Source: Zootoca vivipara (lineage: Eukaryota). From it: DNA of 64,000 bases. This document shows positions 1 through 12,626 of the stretch, one piece after another. The stretch is from positions 28,396,001-28,460,000 of the forward strand of contig NC_083288.1 in the NCBI RefSeq assembly GCF_963506605.1, in the 5' to 3' direction. Every line of letters starts with the position of its first letter. Positions within the stretch are counted from its first letter, which is position 1. The translations under genes were made by a program, and so were the position numbers. The notes under the pieces are model-generated. The model ran no database searches and was not told the origin of the DNA. It saw only the letters and a program-made list of their open reading frames with translations.

Positions 1-574
1 GGTCCGTGCAGGAGAGGTTCAGCAAAGGCGAGATGTCACAGAAGAAATGGTTGATGATGTTGGGTCCACAGAAACTCAAGCGGGAAATGAAGAAGACTTT
101 CAGCATTGAGATTAGGAAACCAGCAAGCCAAGATCCCACAGCTAACTGCAAACAGAGCCGGGAATTCATAATGACCGGGTAGCGTAGTGGGTTGCAGATG
201 GCGATGTAGCGATCATAAGCCATGGCAGCCAAGAGGACACACTCGGTGCAGACTAGGGATATGAAAAAGTAGAGCTGGGACATGCAGCCTTCAAAGGAAA
301 TGCTTTTGTTCTTTGCTAGGAAGTTAACCAGGAGCTTGGGAACAGTCACAGAAATGTACCAGGTCTCCAGAAAAGACAGGTGGCTAAGGAAAAAGTACAT
401 AGGTTTTTGGAGATGGTTGTTTGTCCTGATCAGAGTGATGATCACAATGTTCTCCAGGAGGGTCAGGATGTAGATGACAAGGAAAATTACAATGAGCAGT
501 ATTTGGAATTCTATGGCAGTGGGGAATCCAAGGAGAATAAACTCCTGGACTCTGGTCTGGTTTTCCAGCTTCAT
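1..574 (-). CDS. Olfactory receptor, family 6 (OR6B1-like), partial; 3' part lies left of the window
   Basis: Manual reverse-strand translation from ATG at 574: [18 protein letters not shown]...[28 protein letters not shown]...[25 protein letters not shown]...[17 protein letters not shown], open to the window edge. A pyrimidine-rich splice acceptor (ctccttgttcttcag) lies 15 nt upstream of the ATG. Absent from the ORF track because it has no stop in the window. Confidence 0.95.
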   Translation of the reverse strand, partial: MKLENQTRVQEFILLGFPTAIEFQILLIVIFLVIYILTLLENIVIITLIRTNNHLQKPMYFFLSHLSFLETWYISVTVPKLLVNFLAKNKSISFEGCMSQLYFFISLVCTECVLLAAMAYDRYIAICNPLRYPVIMNSRLCLQLAVGSWLAGFLISMLKVFFISRLSFCGPNIINHFFCDISPLLNLSCTD

Positions 575-953
575 GCCTGTTCCAATGACCTGAAGAACAA
601 GGAGTAAACAAAAGCATGCTAAGATGTGGATGATGGTGATAATGCTAGCAAAACAACCCATCATTTTAATGTGTATAAAAATACAAGACAGAATACATGA
701 AAGAACAGGACAAATCACATTGTGATGACATACCTCACAACAAATACAGTGGCAAAGTTGAATGTACTTCTGCTCTTTCTCTCCACATCTGCATCCACCT
801 CCCAAAATGTGGTTCCACAGACTAAGGAGGCATTTAAACCTGCTTTTGGAAGTGGATTCAGGGGGCTGCAGATAAGGGATGGTGGGAATTTGAGTCTGAT
901 GACATTTCCTGCAGCAACAACATGATAATGGGTCATCACAGATCCATTGGAAG

Positions 954-1090
954 GGTCACCGCAACTGAATGGTAGAACATCTGCTTTGCATGGAGAAAGT
1001 CCCAGAGAAACTTTGGAGACCTGCTGCCAGTGAATGCAGAAAATACTGAGCTAGATGAACCAATGATCTGAATTAGCTTCCTATGTTCCT
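954..1090 (+). mobile_element. Degenerate tRNA-derived SINE
   Basis: tRNA-like head (tggtagaacatctgctttgcatg), body (aatactgagctagatgaaccaatg) and cttcctatgttcct tail. Related copies near 26041, 35174, 43317 and 53065. Confidence 0.55.
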
Positions 1091-1376
1091 ATTACCACCA
1101 ACATAACATATATCACCTTAATCAAACTTATCTAATGGAAATCAAGCATACAATATAGAGGAACCAACTCAAGTAAGAAGCCTGCATTCTAATATCATAA
1201 CCACTGGGTTGGTTCACACATAAATGATTTCCATATAGCATCAGGTGTTGATTTGCATGGTATGTAACCAAGTCAAATTCCACAGCCAAAACTTTTTTAT
1301 CAAACCACATTACCTCAAACACCATGATTCCGCAGCCAGTTCACACATTCAACCACCATGTCAGCAAGTGCAGAGT

Positions 1377-1411
<35 letters not shown>

Positions 1412-1712
1412 ATTTATTATTTATACCCCGCCCATCTGCCTGGGTTTCCCCAGCCACTCTGGGCGGCTTACAACAGAAAAATGAAATAAAATAATCTATT
1501 AAACATTAAAAGCCTCCCTAAACAATGCTGCCTTCAGATGTCCTCTAAAAATCTGGTAGCTGTTTTTTTCTTTGACATCTCATGGAAGGGCATTCCACAG
1601 GGCGGGCGCCACCACCGAGAAGGCCCTCTGCCTGGTTGCCTGCAACTCAGCTTCTCGCAACGAGGGAACCGCCAGAAGGCCCTCAGTACTGGACCTCAGT
1701 GTCCGGGCAGAC
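1377..1712 (-). mobile_element. L2-clade LINE 3' fragment with (AAC)n tail
   Basis: Minus-strand peptide RTLRSSTEGLLAVPSLREAEL..RAFSVVAPALWNALP; 3' UTR ccccgcccatctg..gggtttccccagccactctgggcggct shared with other copies in the window. Confidence 0.85.
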
Positions 1713-2670
1713 CGGGCAGACAGCATGTGCAAACCAGCCCAATGATGGACACGAGAAATGTATACAACCATTGTACCAAGTACAGTGAGACAACGTTTAT
1801 GCTAAGTTGTGAATACTTTACTTTTAGATCACACTACACTTTTAGTTTACTGTTTGATCTCAGGATCAAGTGAAGTGTTTAGGCAGCATGGTATTTCCAT
1901 AGTTATGGGCATGATCTGGTCTAATATGCAATAGTCCTGTTGAGTTCAGAGCACACATACTTCAGTGCCTGTACTTGGATGGATCATGCTCCACATTTTC
2001 TTGTGCATGAGACTGGCAATGAGGTGCATCTCACTTGCTTAGTTATTTGGCATTTAACATTGCAAGCCTAACAATATCTACTTGGGCTTACTCCCAAGTA
2101 AGTGGGGCTAGGATTGCAACCTAAAGGCTGTATCCAATTAAGTTGTTCTGTTAGCGTAAGTCAGGGGTGCCCAAACTTTTTTTCAAAGAGGGCCAGATAA
2201 GTCTCACTGTGCTCAAAAGGACTTTATCTCAGGTAGATTTGCATAGGTTTGGAAACCAATGGGAGTTAAATAAGCCACAAATAACTTTTCACATTGATTT
2301 CAAAGGGACTTAGCCTTGATCCAGATGTTGTTGAAACTCAGCTTTGTTGTTGGAACAACACAAGGCATGCTTGTATCCAAAATATAATGAAAGGGCCTCA
2401 AACTGAACAGAAATTGAGCTTTGCTTCTTTTTATATGTTGGAAATGTGTAAGCTTTATCGATACGACTATGAATACTGCCTCAAATGAAATAAAATAAGC
2501 ATATCAATTGAGTGGAAGGTGAGCCTGCGCACTCCTGTAAACCAGGAGTAGGGAAATTCCACCCCCCCCCAGATGTTTCTGGACTACAGACCCCACCATC
2601 CCTGACCATTAGCCATGTTGGTTGGGGCTGATGGAACCCAGAAGGCCACAGGTTTCTCAGCACAAAATAA

Positions 2671-2671
<1 letters not shown>

Positions 2672-2716
<45 letters not shown>
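2672..2716. repeat. (AT)n microsatellite
   Basis: Direct read. Confidence 0.95.
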
Positions 2717-2721
<5 letters not shown>

Positions 2722-3343
2722 TGCCACACAAAAATTAACATTTGTCTAGACTTCACAAACAAACTACGTCAAATTCAGGAAATAAAAGTTTGTACTCACA
2801 ACATGCAGTGGACAAGAATGTTTGGAATTTCTGACGTTGTATTTGAATGAAGATTCCACTATAGTGCTTTCTTAAGAGTGGCGAGAGAGAGAGAAAAATA
2901 CAGGATATAAAATAGTGCAAACAAGTAGAAGTTTGGAATATAACATGCAAACATGAACAGGCTACATACTGCTACATACTGTCAAAACCTCTGGTCTGTT
3001 GTTTGCCCTGCCCTTTATTCTTTTAGAAACATAGAACATTTAATTCTGCTCAGTCCAGTAACCGTGGGAGGATTTTCACCTGCTTGAAATTGGCCGAGCT
3101 CTGTCATAGCTTAGTATATGTAAACAGCACCTGAAGTCTCATCAGAGCCTTGTCCCTCAGAGCTTCTTAACTTGGTTGAACCCCTGTCTATTACTCCCCT
3201 CCCCATAATCTAAATTAGAAGTTAACAATGGAAATAAAGCAAGAGGAAGAATAAACTCCCTTGGATGTTGTAATCAAAAGCTCTGAAGCACCCTTTCCAG
3301 TGAGACAAAGTAAACTCTATTTTAGAGCTCACCTACTTGGGAC

Positions 3344-3433
3344 CATAGCTGCCAAGTTATCCCTTTTTTAAAGGGATTTTCCCTTATGCTGAATAGGCTT
3401 CCTCGCAAGAAAAGGGAAAACTTGGCAGCTATG
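3344..3433. mobile_element. Short MITE with CATAGCTGCCAAG terminal inverted repeats
   Basis: catagctgccaagtt...aacttggcagctatg; same TIR family as 5209-5441. No clear TSD. Confidence 0.7.
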
Positions 3434-5208
3434 GCAATTAGACACAAGTACCACTTAATGGAATTGATGTCTATGGATTTAGTACTTTGTGTTTCAATTT
3501 TCATATTGTTTTAACTGAATATTAGTTTAGGGTTTGCTTTGAGCAGAAGGATTTGGATCCTGAAATGTGAGGTATAAATGACCCAAATGGATGAATTACT
3601 ATTACCGTTTGAGTCAGGTTAAACACATTGGCTTCAGTATAAATGGTTTGCCTAGTGAAATTTTCTTGAATATTCAGAAGTAGGTCACCTTGTTATCAGT
3701 TGCTTCTGCTGCATGATGGCTTAAATTTCATGACTTCCATTAAACTATTCCAGTGAATGGCAAATCTAGGACTTGTGTCCAGCAGTTTGACTCCAAGATA
3801 GTGATGAAGTTGGAACTAATCATAGGATACCATACCATACCATACCATACCAGTATTACCTAAGTAATGGACCTGTTAAGGGGTTGTTCCTTAATAACTA
3901 TAATTTTGTGACATTTTGGAGCTTGAGTGAACATGGAAAGCTGAACATGTTAAACTTAACATTTTGTTTTGTTTATTGAATTTGATTATGTTTTGAGAAG
4001 GCTAGGTCCACAACTCTCTCACCAGGGAAGCTTGAAATTGAACATGAGAAACTGGAGAAAAGAAAGGAAGCAATATCCTCAATAATAAGACATCACACAC
4101 CACTAAGAAGGACAAAAAATCACATTTGGCTTATCTTATGCCTGATTTATTAAATGAGTTAAGTTTAGAAATAAGGATTGCAAAGTTATGGTGATGACTT
4201 CTTGTAAAGGAATTGGCAAGTTGACTGTCTCTCTGATAGCTCTCCACTGTCAGAAGATAATTATGTTATGATGGATGGTAATCAGGCTAAAAGTCTGATT
4301 ATCAACTTACTCTGGGATAAAGAGTGATGAAGGGACCAACCTCAAATGCTTTGATCATAGCTGCTTTTTACTGTCTTCTCCAGGGGGTGGGGGTGGGGCT
4401 TAGAAGGTGATAAAATGAGCTGGCAAGGCGAGGGACCAAAATGGTGCCCAAATATCATGAAAGAGCCCTTTGTGGGTAGCAGATTTGTATCCTTTCTTAA
4501 ATATCATTGAAGCAAGAAAAAAATGTAACATAGATTTTTCTGTCTCCTGATGAAAAGTTAAATCAGAAACTTGCAAATGACGCTTTCTGCCTTTAAGAAG
4601 TATAAAAAGAAGTCATTCAAGTGTCTAAGACTTTTCACTAAGTGAAAAGCCTGTTTTATTTGTTTTTTTATGTGTATCCTTTCCTACCTCCCAAAAGAGC
4701 CCAGGGTATCAAACACAAAAGTTGTGAAAAATTACAGTTAAAAATAAAATACAAATATTTAAAACATTTAAAAATAATTAAAACATTTTAATAATAATAA
4801 TATCTAAGAACATTTAAAACATGTTGGTTCCCATGCCCCCACTGATTTCTACAGAATTCATTTTTATTAAAGTTGCAGGAGAAAGTCTAGTTGGGTTTTG
4901 TAGGTCTGTTGGCAAGCCTATTATTTATAGGCTGCAAAAGAAATTCAGCCAATAAAGCACACTGGGAGTTAAACAGTTGCCCCCTAAATCACACTCACTT
5001 TTTTCCAGAAGCCTCTCCATTTTCCAAAAGAACACAGCACAAAGAGAGAACTCTTTATATACCAATTACCCAAGTCTCTAAGTGGTGTTCCCCAATAGGC
5101 TGTCTTCCATAGGTTGTATACAAATTGTGGATGAGGCAGAAGTGGGTGTGACCACACAGAGATCACTCTTCATGCGGGCAAGCAAAAAGTCTTATCACAG
5201 TTCAAGGG

Positions 5209-5441
5209 CAGAGCTGCCAAGTCTCTCATTTCCCCTGGGAAACCCCCGTTTTTAAAGCCGTTTCCCGCTGTCATCCCGGATGGCGAAATATCCCATAATT
5301 CCTCCGGATTTCTTCTGGTGCCACTCTGCCCATGTCTGGGCACCGGAAATCAGGCAGTGCCGGCACCGGAAGCTGCTTCTATGACTTCTGGTGCCGGTGC
5401 TGCTGATCCCGTATTTTTCTAACCGGGACTTGGCAGCTATG
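5209..5441. mobile_element. Non-autonomous DNA transposon (MITE)
   Basis: TIRs cagagctgccaag / cttggcagctatg; flanking direct repeat gttcaaggg at 5200-5208 and 5442-5450. Confidence 0.8.
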
Positions 5442-7125
5442 GTTCAAGGGATGGTCTTAGTTTGAAGGCCGGATGGAGAGGATCGAAGGGTTTGAGGTTC
5501 CCCACTACAATGCAAGAAGAAATATTGGTGGTGGGGAGGTAACTCGAAACCAACTGCTGGTACTCAGGCTGAACACAAGCCTTGTTGGACATAAGTCAGT
5601 AGGGGATGAGGATCAAGCTGAGCAGCATGGAGTGCTGAATTAAAACAAACACTGCTCACTGCCAGTTTCAAAAGGATCTGCCAATAACCTGATTGCTGCG
5701 ACTTGATGTATGATGCCCCCTTTAAACAACTGAGTTTTATTTCATTAATGTGTTTTATTCTTTTTTTAGATGTTGAAAAACTGAAAACATTGCATTCTTA
5801 AAAATCCACCATTTTTAAAAGTTGTCAATATCTTAGATTATTTTTATTTAGACATTGCATTTTTATGATTTTTCCTTGTGTTAAATCAGTGCTATCTTTT
5901 CCGTGGTCTAGTTGTATTTTATTTTTCCTTAAACCTGTGATCTCTAAACTCAGTCATAAATCAGGAGGAAAGAAAAAGGAAAGAATATGACTGGAATGGG
6001 GGGGGAGAGAGATATCTTCTGAGGCTACTACCCTTGGGAGGGAACTGCTGATTTTCAGGCCTAGTCCCAAGGTGGGACATGCACATGGCCACAGTGGAAG
6101 AAATCTATTTAATACAAGTTCTTTGTATGCAGCTGCATATGAAGACGGATGCAAAAAAAATTACCTGGACACATAATAGGTGAATTACATTCTTTATTTC
6201 TACAAATCTGTGCATAATGTTTTGATTGGTTATTAAATATAAGCTACAGGCAACTTATACCTGCATATGCATATATTAAGATAGTTCAGGCACAGATAGG
6301 CTAGGGAAGCTAAACATAGTAAATGCATTTGCTTATTATTTTTCTGTCCATGCGAATAATGTCTGCTGGTGTCTATGCAGTTTAGATGGTATAGTGTAGT
6401 GTAGGAATGGAGAGCCTATGACCTTTCAGATACTGTGGGGTTGCAACTCCCATCAGTCCCAGTCAGCATAGCCAGTCCTCAAAACTGACAGGGGTTGTTG
6501 TTAAGCAATAGCCTGAATATCCACAGTATAGTGGATAGTACTCGGTGTGCACATTTTCAGTTTTGAAACAAGGCCAAGTAATAGGATCTCTGGACTCTGG
6601 GGAGAAATTTGGATGAGATTTATTTTTGAAGCATACTAACTGGTTGTGGGCAGCAACAACAAAACACATTTTCCCCTCTGAAATTCTCCTTGGTTCTATA
6701 GTAAATTGTGATGGGGCTTTACTAAAAACTGATTTATGAATGCAACGGAGCCAGTTCCAACTTCTTTCAAATACTTTGCACTCAAAGACAGACTTACTTG
6801 GGAGAAAATCCTATTGATTTCAACATAATTTATTCCAAAGGAAAGATAATTTCCAGATGACCTGTTTATTAAGCATTCATCCCCTTCTCGTCTCCACGAA
6901 ATCTGCATGGAGTTTTGACTGCATCAACAATTTGCTGAGCATTCATTTTGATTTGTTTGCAGGGATGCTATGCCACATCGCCTCAAGCAAGTCTTATTCC
7001 ACAATTCTGAGTGCATTTTCCTGCTTCTTTCCTTATTGCAACAAGTCTGATCTTGGAGGCTGGAGGGCTTGTTGTGCAGCAGTGCAACAGCATATCCACT
7101 TCAATTGTACAACCTGAGTATGTTG

Positions 7126-7849
7126 AATAAAAAAATTCCTTCAGTAGCACCTTAAAGACCAACTAAGTTTTTATTTTGGTATGAGCTTTCATGTGCATGC
7201 ACACTTCTTCAGATACAGTGAAATAAAAGTCCCCAGGCACTTATGTAGAGAAGGGGTGGGGATGGGGAGGGGAGGGGGGATCACTCAGAAGGGTGGTGGA
7301 AGTGGGTGATTGACTGACTGATAGCTGTTGATGACCGAAAACGACTGCAAATGGTTTTGCATGAAAAAGCAAGGGTTGAGATGGCTGAAGATCGCTTATC
7401 ATGTATAATGAGATAAGAATCCGATATCTCTGTTCAAACCAGGTCCCTCCATGGTTTTGAGCTTGGTGATAAGTTGTAATTCAGCAACTTCTCTTTCCAG
7501 TCTATTTCTGAAATTCTTTTGTAGTAAGACAGCTACTTTGAGATCTTGTATAGAATGTCCTGGGAGATTGAAGTGTTCTCCTACTGGTTTTTCTGTCTTC
7601 TGGTTCCTGATGTCAGATTTATGTCCAAAGGACCCACTTCCACCACCCTTCTGAGTGATCCCCCCTCCCCTCCCCATCCCCACCCCTTCTCTACATAAGT
7701 GCCTGGGGACTTCTATTTCACTGTATCTGAAGAAGTGTGCATGCACACGAAAGCTCATACCAAAATAAAAACTTAGTTGGTCTTTAAGGTGCTACTGAAG
7801 GAATTTTTTTATTTTACTTCGACCCAGACCAACACGGCTACCTACCTGT
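7126..7849 (-). mobile_element. 5'-truncated Penelope-like element with inverted pseudo-LTRs
   Basis: Minus-strand GIY-YIG C-terminus HKSDIRNQKTEKPVGEHFNLPGHS..EREVAELQLITKLKTMEGPGLNRD; ~180-bp inverted repeat (7126-7307 vs 7632-7814); 15-bp TSD aacctgagtatgttg (7111-7125, 7850-7864). Confidence 0.9.
7727..7758 (+). ncRNA. Minimal hammerhead-ribozyme-like motif in the Penelope pLTR
   Basis: CTGAAGA + palindromic stem gtgtgcatgcacac + GAAA gctc; a second copy lies on the minus strand at ~7181-7212. Confidence 0.6.
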
Positions 7850-8550
7850 AACCTGAGTATGTTGGTTTGTCATTGAATGCCAACCCAAAACAGCAACAGG
7901 CTGTTAGTGCCCTAAGTTTTACAGTATTGGGCTGCAATCCAAGCCCCCCCCCACACATATCAAACTAGTACAGTGTGGGAGCCAATGTGGTATACCAGGG
8001 ACTAGGCTCTGGGAAACCAGGTTTCATATCCCACCTTGGGCATGAAGTGCATTGTGTGATGTTCAGCCTTGACCTGCCTCTCAGCCTAACCTTCCTCACA
8101 GTCCTGCAAAGTGATGCAGAAATGTGGAGAATTAAAGTGGAGTGGGTGGGAGGAAAGATAGGGAAATTTAAATCGACAGATTTATCTAGCCCCCCACTTC
8201 CCAGTATAAGTAATAAACAAATACACAGCAGAATTATTTACCAGCTTGTATTGCTTTTTTGTTTTTAATCAAAATGGGTTATATGCATGAAATGTTTAAA
8301 TTCAGTTTTAAATATTATTCTAATCATCAATGTCCCCCCCCCCAAGGGTACGCAGTACTGACAACTCCTTTCATTGTTAAAAAGTGTGGCACTTACTGTA
8401 ACAACTTCATGGTGAGTACTGGCACCTATTTTTCTAGAAAAAAAGCACTGATCATCACTATTACGTATTTTTAAGGTGCAGAAAAGGGGGTTAAAAGATG
8501 TTGTATGACATCTCTTCCTTCTTGTTTTTGCAAGTACCCTGCATTCAAGA

Positions 8551-9480
8551 ATGGAAGAAACCAACCAGACAAATGTCTCCTATTTCATCCTTCTGGGATT
8601 TCCCAGCTCTTCAGAGCTTCAGATTCTCCTTTTTGTCCTGTTCATACTTAGCTACCTGCTGACCCTACTGGAAAATCTCGTCATCATCGTAGTTATTCGG
8701 CTGAACAACAGCCTTCACAAGCCCATGTACTTATTTCTATGCAACCTCTCTTTCCTTGAATTCTGGTATGTCACAATCATTGTCCCTAAGATGCTGGCAG
8801 ATTTCCTCACACAAGACAAGCGTATCTCCTTCCAAGGCTGCCTGACACAACTGTATTTCTTTGTCACATTTGTGTGCACTGAATACATCCTTCTGGCTGT
8901 TATGGCTTACGACCGGTATTTGGCCATCTGCTACCCACTGCGGTATCCAGCTATCATGAGTAATAGTTTATGTGCTCGGCTCTCAGCGGGATGCTGGACA
9001 TGTGGCTTAATTACCTCTGCAATCAAGCTTAGCTTCATTGGTCGACTGAAATACTGTGGCACTGACAAGATCAACCACTATTTCTGTGACATTTCACCTC
9101 TCTTGAATGTATCCTGCACTGATTCTTCCGTGGCTGAGCTGGCAGATTTCATCCTAGCTCTTATGGTTATCATGGTCCCACTCTGCGTTGTTGTGCTGTC
9201 CTACATCTATATCATCTCGACGGTGTTGAAGATCCCTTCAGCTCAAGGCAGAAAGAAAGCTTTCTCCACCTGCAGTTCCCATCTCACCGTTGTGGTGCTG
9301 TTCTACTCTACCACACTCTTCACCTACGCACGGCCCAAAGCGATGTATGCCTACAACTCCAACAAAGTGGTGTCGGTGCTGTACACTGTAGTAGTGCCCC
9401 TTCTGAACCCTCTAATATATTGCCTCAGGAATAAGGAAGTAAAAGATGCACTGAGGAAGACTATCAGTTTAAGGAACTGA
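8551..9480 (+). CDS. OR6Y1: Olfactory receptor, OR6Y1-like (309 aa)
   Basis: Intact 7TM ORF with LHKPMY, MAYDRY, KAFSTC and PLLNPLIY. Segments [32 protein letters not shown] and [25 protein letters not shown] match recalled human OR6Y1; orthology is not verified by search. Confidence 0.9.
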   Translation: MEETNQTNVSYFILLGFPSSSELQILLFVLFILSYLLTLLENLVIIVVIRLNNSLHKPMYLFLCNLSFLEFWYVTIIVPKMLADFLTQDKRISFQGCLTQLYFFVTFVCTEYILLAVMAYDRYLAICYPLRYPAIMSNSLCARLSAGCWTCGLITSAIKLSFIGRLKYCGTDKINHYFCDISPLLNVSCTDSSVAELADFILALMVIMVPLCVVVLSYIYIISTVLKIPSAQGRKKAFSTCSSHLTVVVLFYSTTLFTYARPKAMYAYNSNKVVSVLYTVVVPLLNPLIYCLRNKEVKDALRKTISLRN

Positions 9481-10356
9481 TGAAGAGTTGGGAGTTGGAA
9501 AACAAAACACTATAAACTGTTGGATAGTGGAAAACTAAAGAAGGCTGCAGTCCTATACCCAACTAAGGGATTCCTTTTTAATCTACTTGATATGGGGATC
9601 TGATTAATTTTAAGTTTTGATCATTTGCAGTTCTGAAAACTCTTCTGTCAAACTTACTCTTGGTTTGTCTCGTTTATGTTTTTTCATTATTTATAATGTT
9701 GTGGCCATTGACTACAGTATACCAATTTACCTGAGAGTTAGCCCCACTGAACACAGTAGAACTTATAAGTAGAAATGTATGGATTGCATGATAATGCCTT
9801 ATGTGGGTGTTCAGCCTGATCACACAAGGACTAAATGTATATGTGGGACATAGGAATACACCACAACCTTTAACCCCTGAATGCTAGGCATGTTGTTCTA
9901 CCCAATTCTTCTGTGTTGGCTGGAAAGTTATGAATGTTGCCCTAGGCATAATTAGCCAAATTCACTTTTTAGCCTCTTTACAATTGGAAATTGTAATGAG
10001 GAGGTTTCTAAGAACGTTCCGCTGAACATATTTAGAAGCACAGTTAAGATCTTGGAAAGACGGGGTAAAGGCAGTGCAAGAAAAATGGGGACATGTCTGG
10101 TGTACATGCTTTGCCCCCTGCATCCACTTTGCCTTTGCACAATCAGGCTGAATGCCTGAACAGCGCTCCAGTGTTTTGAATTTGGGTTACACACTTCAGT
10201 CTCTTATAGCTGAGAAATTTAATTAAATGAACGTGCTTGAAATAAAATGGCAAAATCAGCAATGCTGGATAGATTCTGCACCTCCTTGAAACACAAATCC
10301 CAGCGATTGTGGTATGTCAACAAAAAAAGAAACAGTGAGTTTTAGCTAAGCAAGTT

Positions 10357-10812
10357 TGAAGGTGACCCGGAAACTACAACTAATCCAGAATGTGGCAGCT
10401 AGACTGGTGACTGGGAGCAGCCGCCGAGACCACATAACACCGGTCTTGAAAGATCTACATTGACTCCCAGTACGTTTCTGAGCACAATTCAAAGTGTTGG
10501 TGCTGACCTTTAAAGCCCTAAACGGCCTCGGTCCAGTATACCTGGAGGAGCGTATCCACCCCCATCATTCTGCCCAGACACTGAGGTCCAGTACCGAGGG
10601 CCTTCTGGCGGTTCCCTCCTGCGAGAAGCCAAGTTACAGGGAACTGCCCTGTGGAATGCCCTCCCAGCAGATGTCAAAGAGAAAAACAGCTACCAGATTT
10701 TAGAAGACATCTGAAGGCAGCCCTGTTTAGGAGGCTTTTAATGTTTAATCGATTATTTTATTTTATTTTTCTGTTGGAAGCCGCCCAGAGTGGGCGGGGT
10801 ATAAATTTATTA

Positions 10813-10853
<41 letters not shown>

Positions 10854-10862
10854 TATTATTTT
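10357..10862 (+). mobile_element. L2-clade LINE 3' fragment with (ATT)n tail
   Basis: KVTRKLQLIQNVAARLVTG...VLVLTFKALNGLGPVYL; family 3' UTR followed by (TTA)n. Confidence 0.85.
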
Positions 10863-11282
10863 AACAATGTCCATTAATTTCAGTGGGTCTACTCTGAGCA
10901 TCTACTCTGAGCACAGGATTCATTCCATGTTTTCTCCTTTTGATAATCTGACACAGCTGAGATGTACATTTTTTAGAACCTAATTTCTGTGTTTGGAAGT
11001 TGTTCTAAGCTATTTTTAACAATGTGTTTTAATTGTTTAATTGCAATCTGCCTTGTGATCTTAAGTTGATGGGTTGTTGTTGATGATGCTATTGTCCATC
11101 TTATTTCCAGTGAATAAAATTTTGACGTTCATGTATGTGTTTATTTATTTAATAGATGGGGGGGGGGATGCTCACAAGATTTAAAATCAAGTCAGTAAAA
11201 TCTTCTGTACATTGTAGAGTGAAAGAAAAATATATTCATGACATAGCAAGCTGCTTTATACTAAGTTAGAGCACCAGTACAT

Positions 11283-11415
11283 NNNNNNNNNNNNNNNNNN
11301 NNNNNNNNNNNNNNNNNNNNNNNNNNNNNNNNNNNNNNNNNNNNNNNNNNNNNNNNNNNNNNNNNNNNNNNNNNNNNNNNNNNNNNNNNNNNNNNNNNNN
11401 NNNNNNNNNNNNNNN
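11283..11415. other. Assembly gap (N run)
   Basis: Ns, abutting the 3' end of an L2 copy. Confidence 0.99.
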
Positions 11416-12355
11416 TTTCCCCAGCCACTCTGGGCGGCTTCCAGCAAAAGATTAAAAGTACATTAAAACATCAGTCATTACAAACTTCCCTAAACAGGGC
11501 TGCTTTCAGATGTTTTCTAAACGCCAGGTAGTAGTTTATTTATTTGACATCTGATGGGAGGGCATTCCACAGAGCGGGCGCCACTACTGAGAAGGCACTC
11601 TGCCTGGTTCCCTGTAACTTTGCTTCTCGCAGTGAGGGAACCGCCAGAAGGCCCTTGGCACTGGACCTCAATGTCCAGGCAGAATGATGGGGGTGGAGAC
11701 GTTCCTTCAGGTATGCTAGTCTGTGGCCATTTACGGCTTTAAAGGTCAGCACCAACAGTTTGAATGATCCAATGTAGGTCTTTCAAGACTGGTGTTATGT
11801 GGTCTCGGCAGCCACTCCCAGTCACCAGTAGAGCTGCTGCATTCTTGATTAGTTGTAGTTTCTGGGTCACCTTCAAAGGTAGCCCTACGTAGAGTGCATT
11901 ACAGTAGTCCAAGCAGGAGATAAATGAGCATGCACCACTCTGGCAAGACAGTCCGTGGGCAGGTAGGGTCTCAGCCTGCGTACCAGATGGAGCTGGTAGA
12001 CAGCTGCCCTGGACACAGAATTGACCTGCGCCTCCATGGACAGCTGTGAGTTCAAAATGACTCCTAGGCATTTGTATTGTCAGGATTCAACCTCAATCCG
12101 TTAGCCGCCATCCATCCTCCAACTACCTCCAGACACTCACACAGGACCTTCACCACCTTCACTGGTTCCGATTTGAAAGAGAGGTAGAGCTGCATATCAT
12201 CTGCATACTGATGAATACCCAACCCAAACTCCCTGATGATCTCTCCCAGCAGCTTCATGTAGATGTTAAAAAGCATGGGGGAGAGGACAGAACCCTGAGG
12301 CACCCCACAAGTGAAAGCCCAGGGCTTTGAACACTCATCCCCCACCACCACTCTC
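11416..12355 (-). mobile_element. L2-clade LINE fragment including degenerate reverse transcriptase
   Basis: GVPQGSVLSPMLFNIYM...HQYADDMQLY (RT core) and LDYCNALYVGLPLK; frameshifted and internally deleted. Confidence 0.9.
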
Positions 12356-12562
12356 TGGTGAGGTCATGTTCTGCAGTGAGGTTGGATGGGTGACATCATT
12401 GCACATGTATTTATTTCGCATTCCTGCCAATTTATTTGCAGGGAGGTTATAAGAAATTGCATTCAGCAATTGTTACCCCACACTTTCCAGTGAGTTTTCC
12501 TGTCACTCTCCTTATCATAAAAACAAAACAAAAACAAAAGTGAGTTCATTGCAAAGAACATC

Positions 12563-12626
12563 TAATGAACTTTAATTGAACTTTAATTGAACTTTAATAG
12601 TTACAGCTGGAAGTGCACTAATTGCA
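12563..12626 (+). promoter_or_regulatory. Candidate OR promoter homeodomain-site cluster: TAATGA + (GAACTTTAATT)x3 + CTAATTG
   Basis: Directly visible 11-bp tandem with TAAT cores, ~450 bp upstream of the putative ATG exon at 13048. An O/E-like site tttcccctgtga lies at ~12766. Confidence 0.45.

Noticed and set aside
282-617. Short ORFs overlapping OR genes on other frames or strands (also 15206-15518, 29622, 32709, 53940, 58186)
   Set aside because: Shadow ORFs of OR coding sequence with no independent evidence.
5231-5242. Perfect O/E-like site ttcccctgggaa
   Set aside because: It lies inside a MITE and has no adjacent homeodomain cluster, so there is no support for function.
7632-7758. 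N-terminal part of the 119-aa ORF 7399-7758
   Set aside because: Read-through of the inverted pLTR; only the C-terminal ~75 aa is real Penelope protein.
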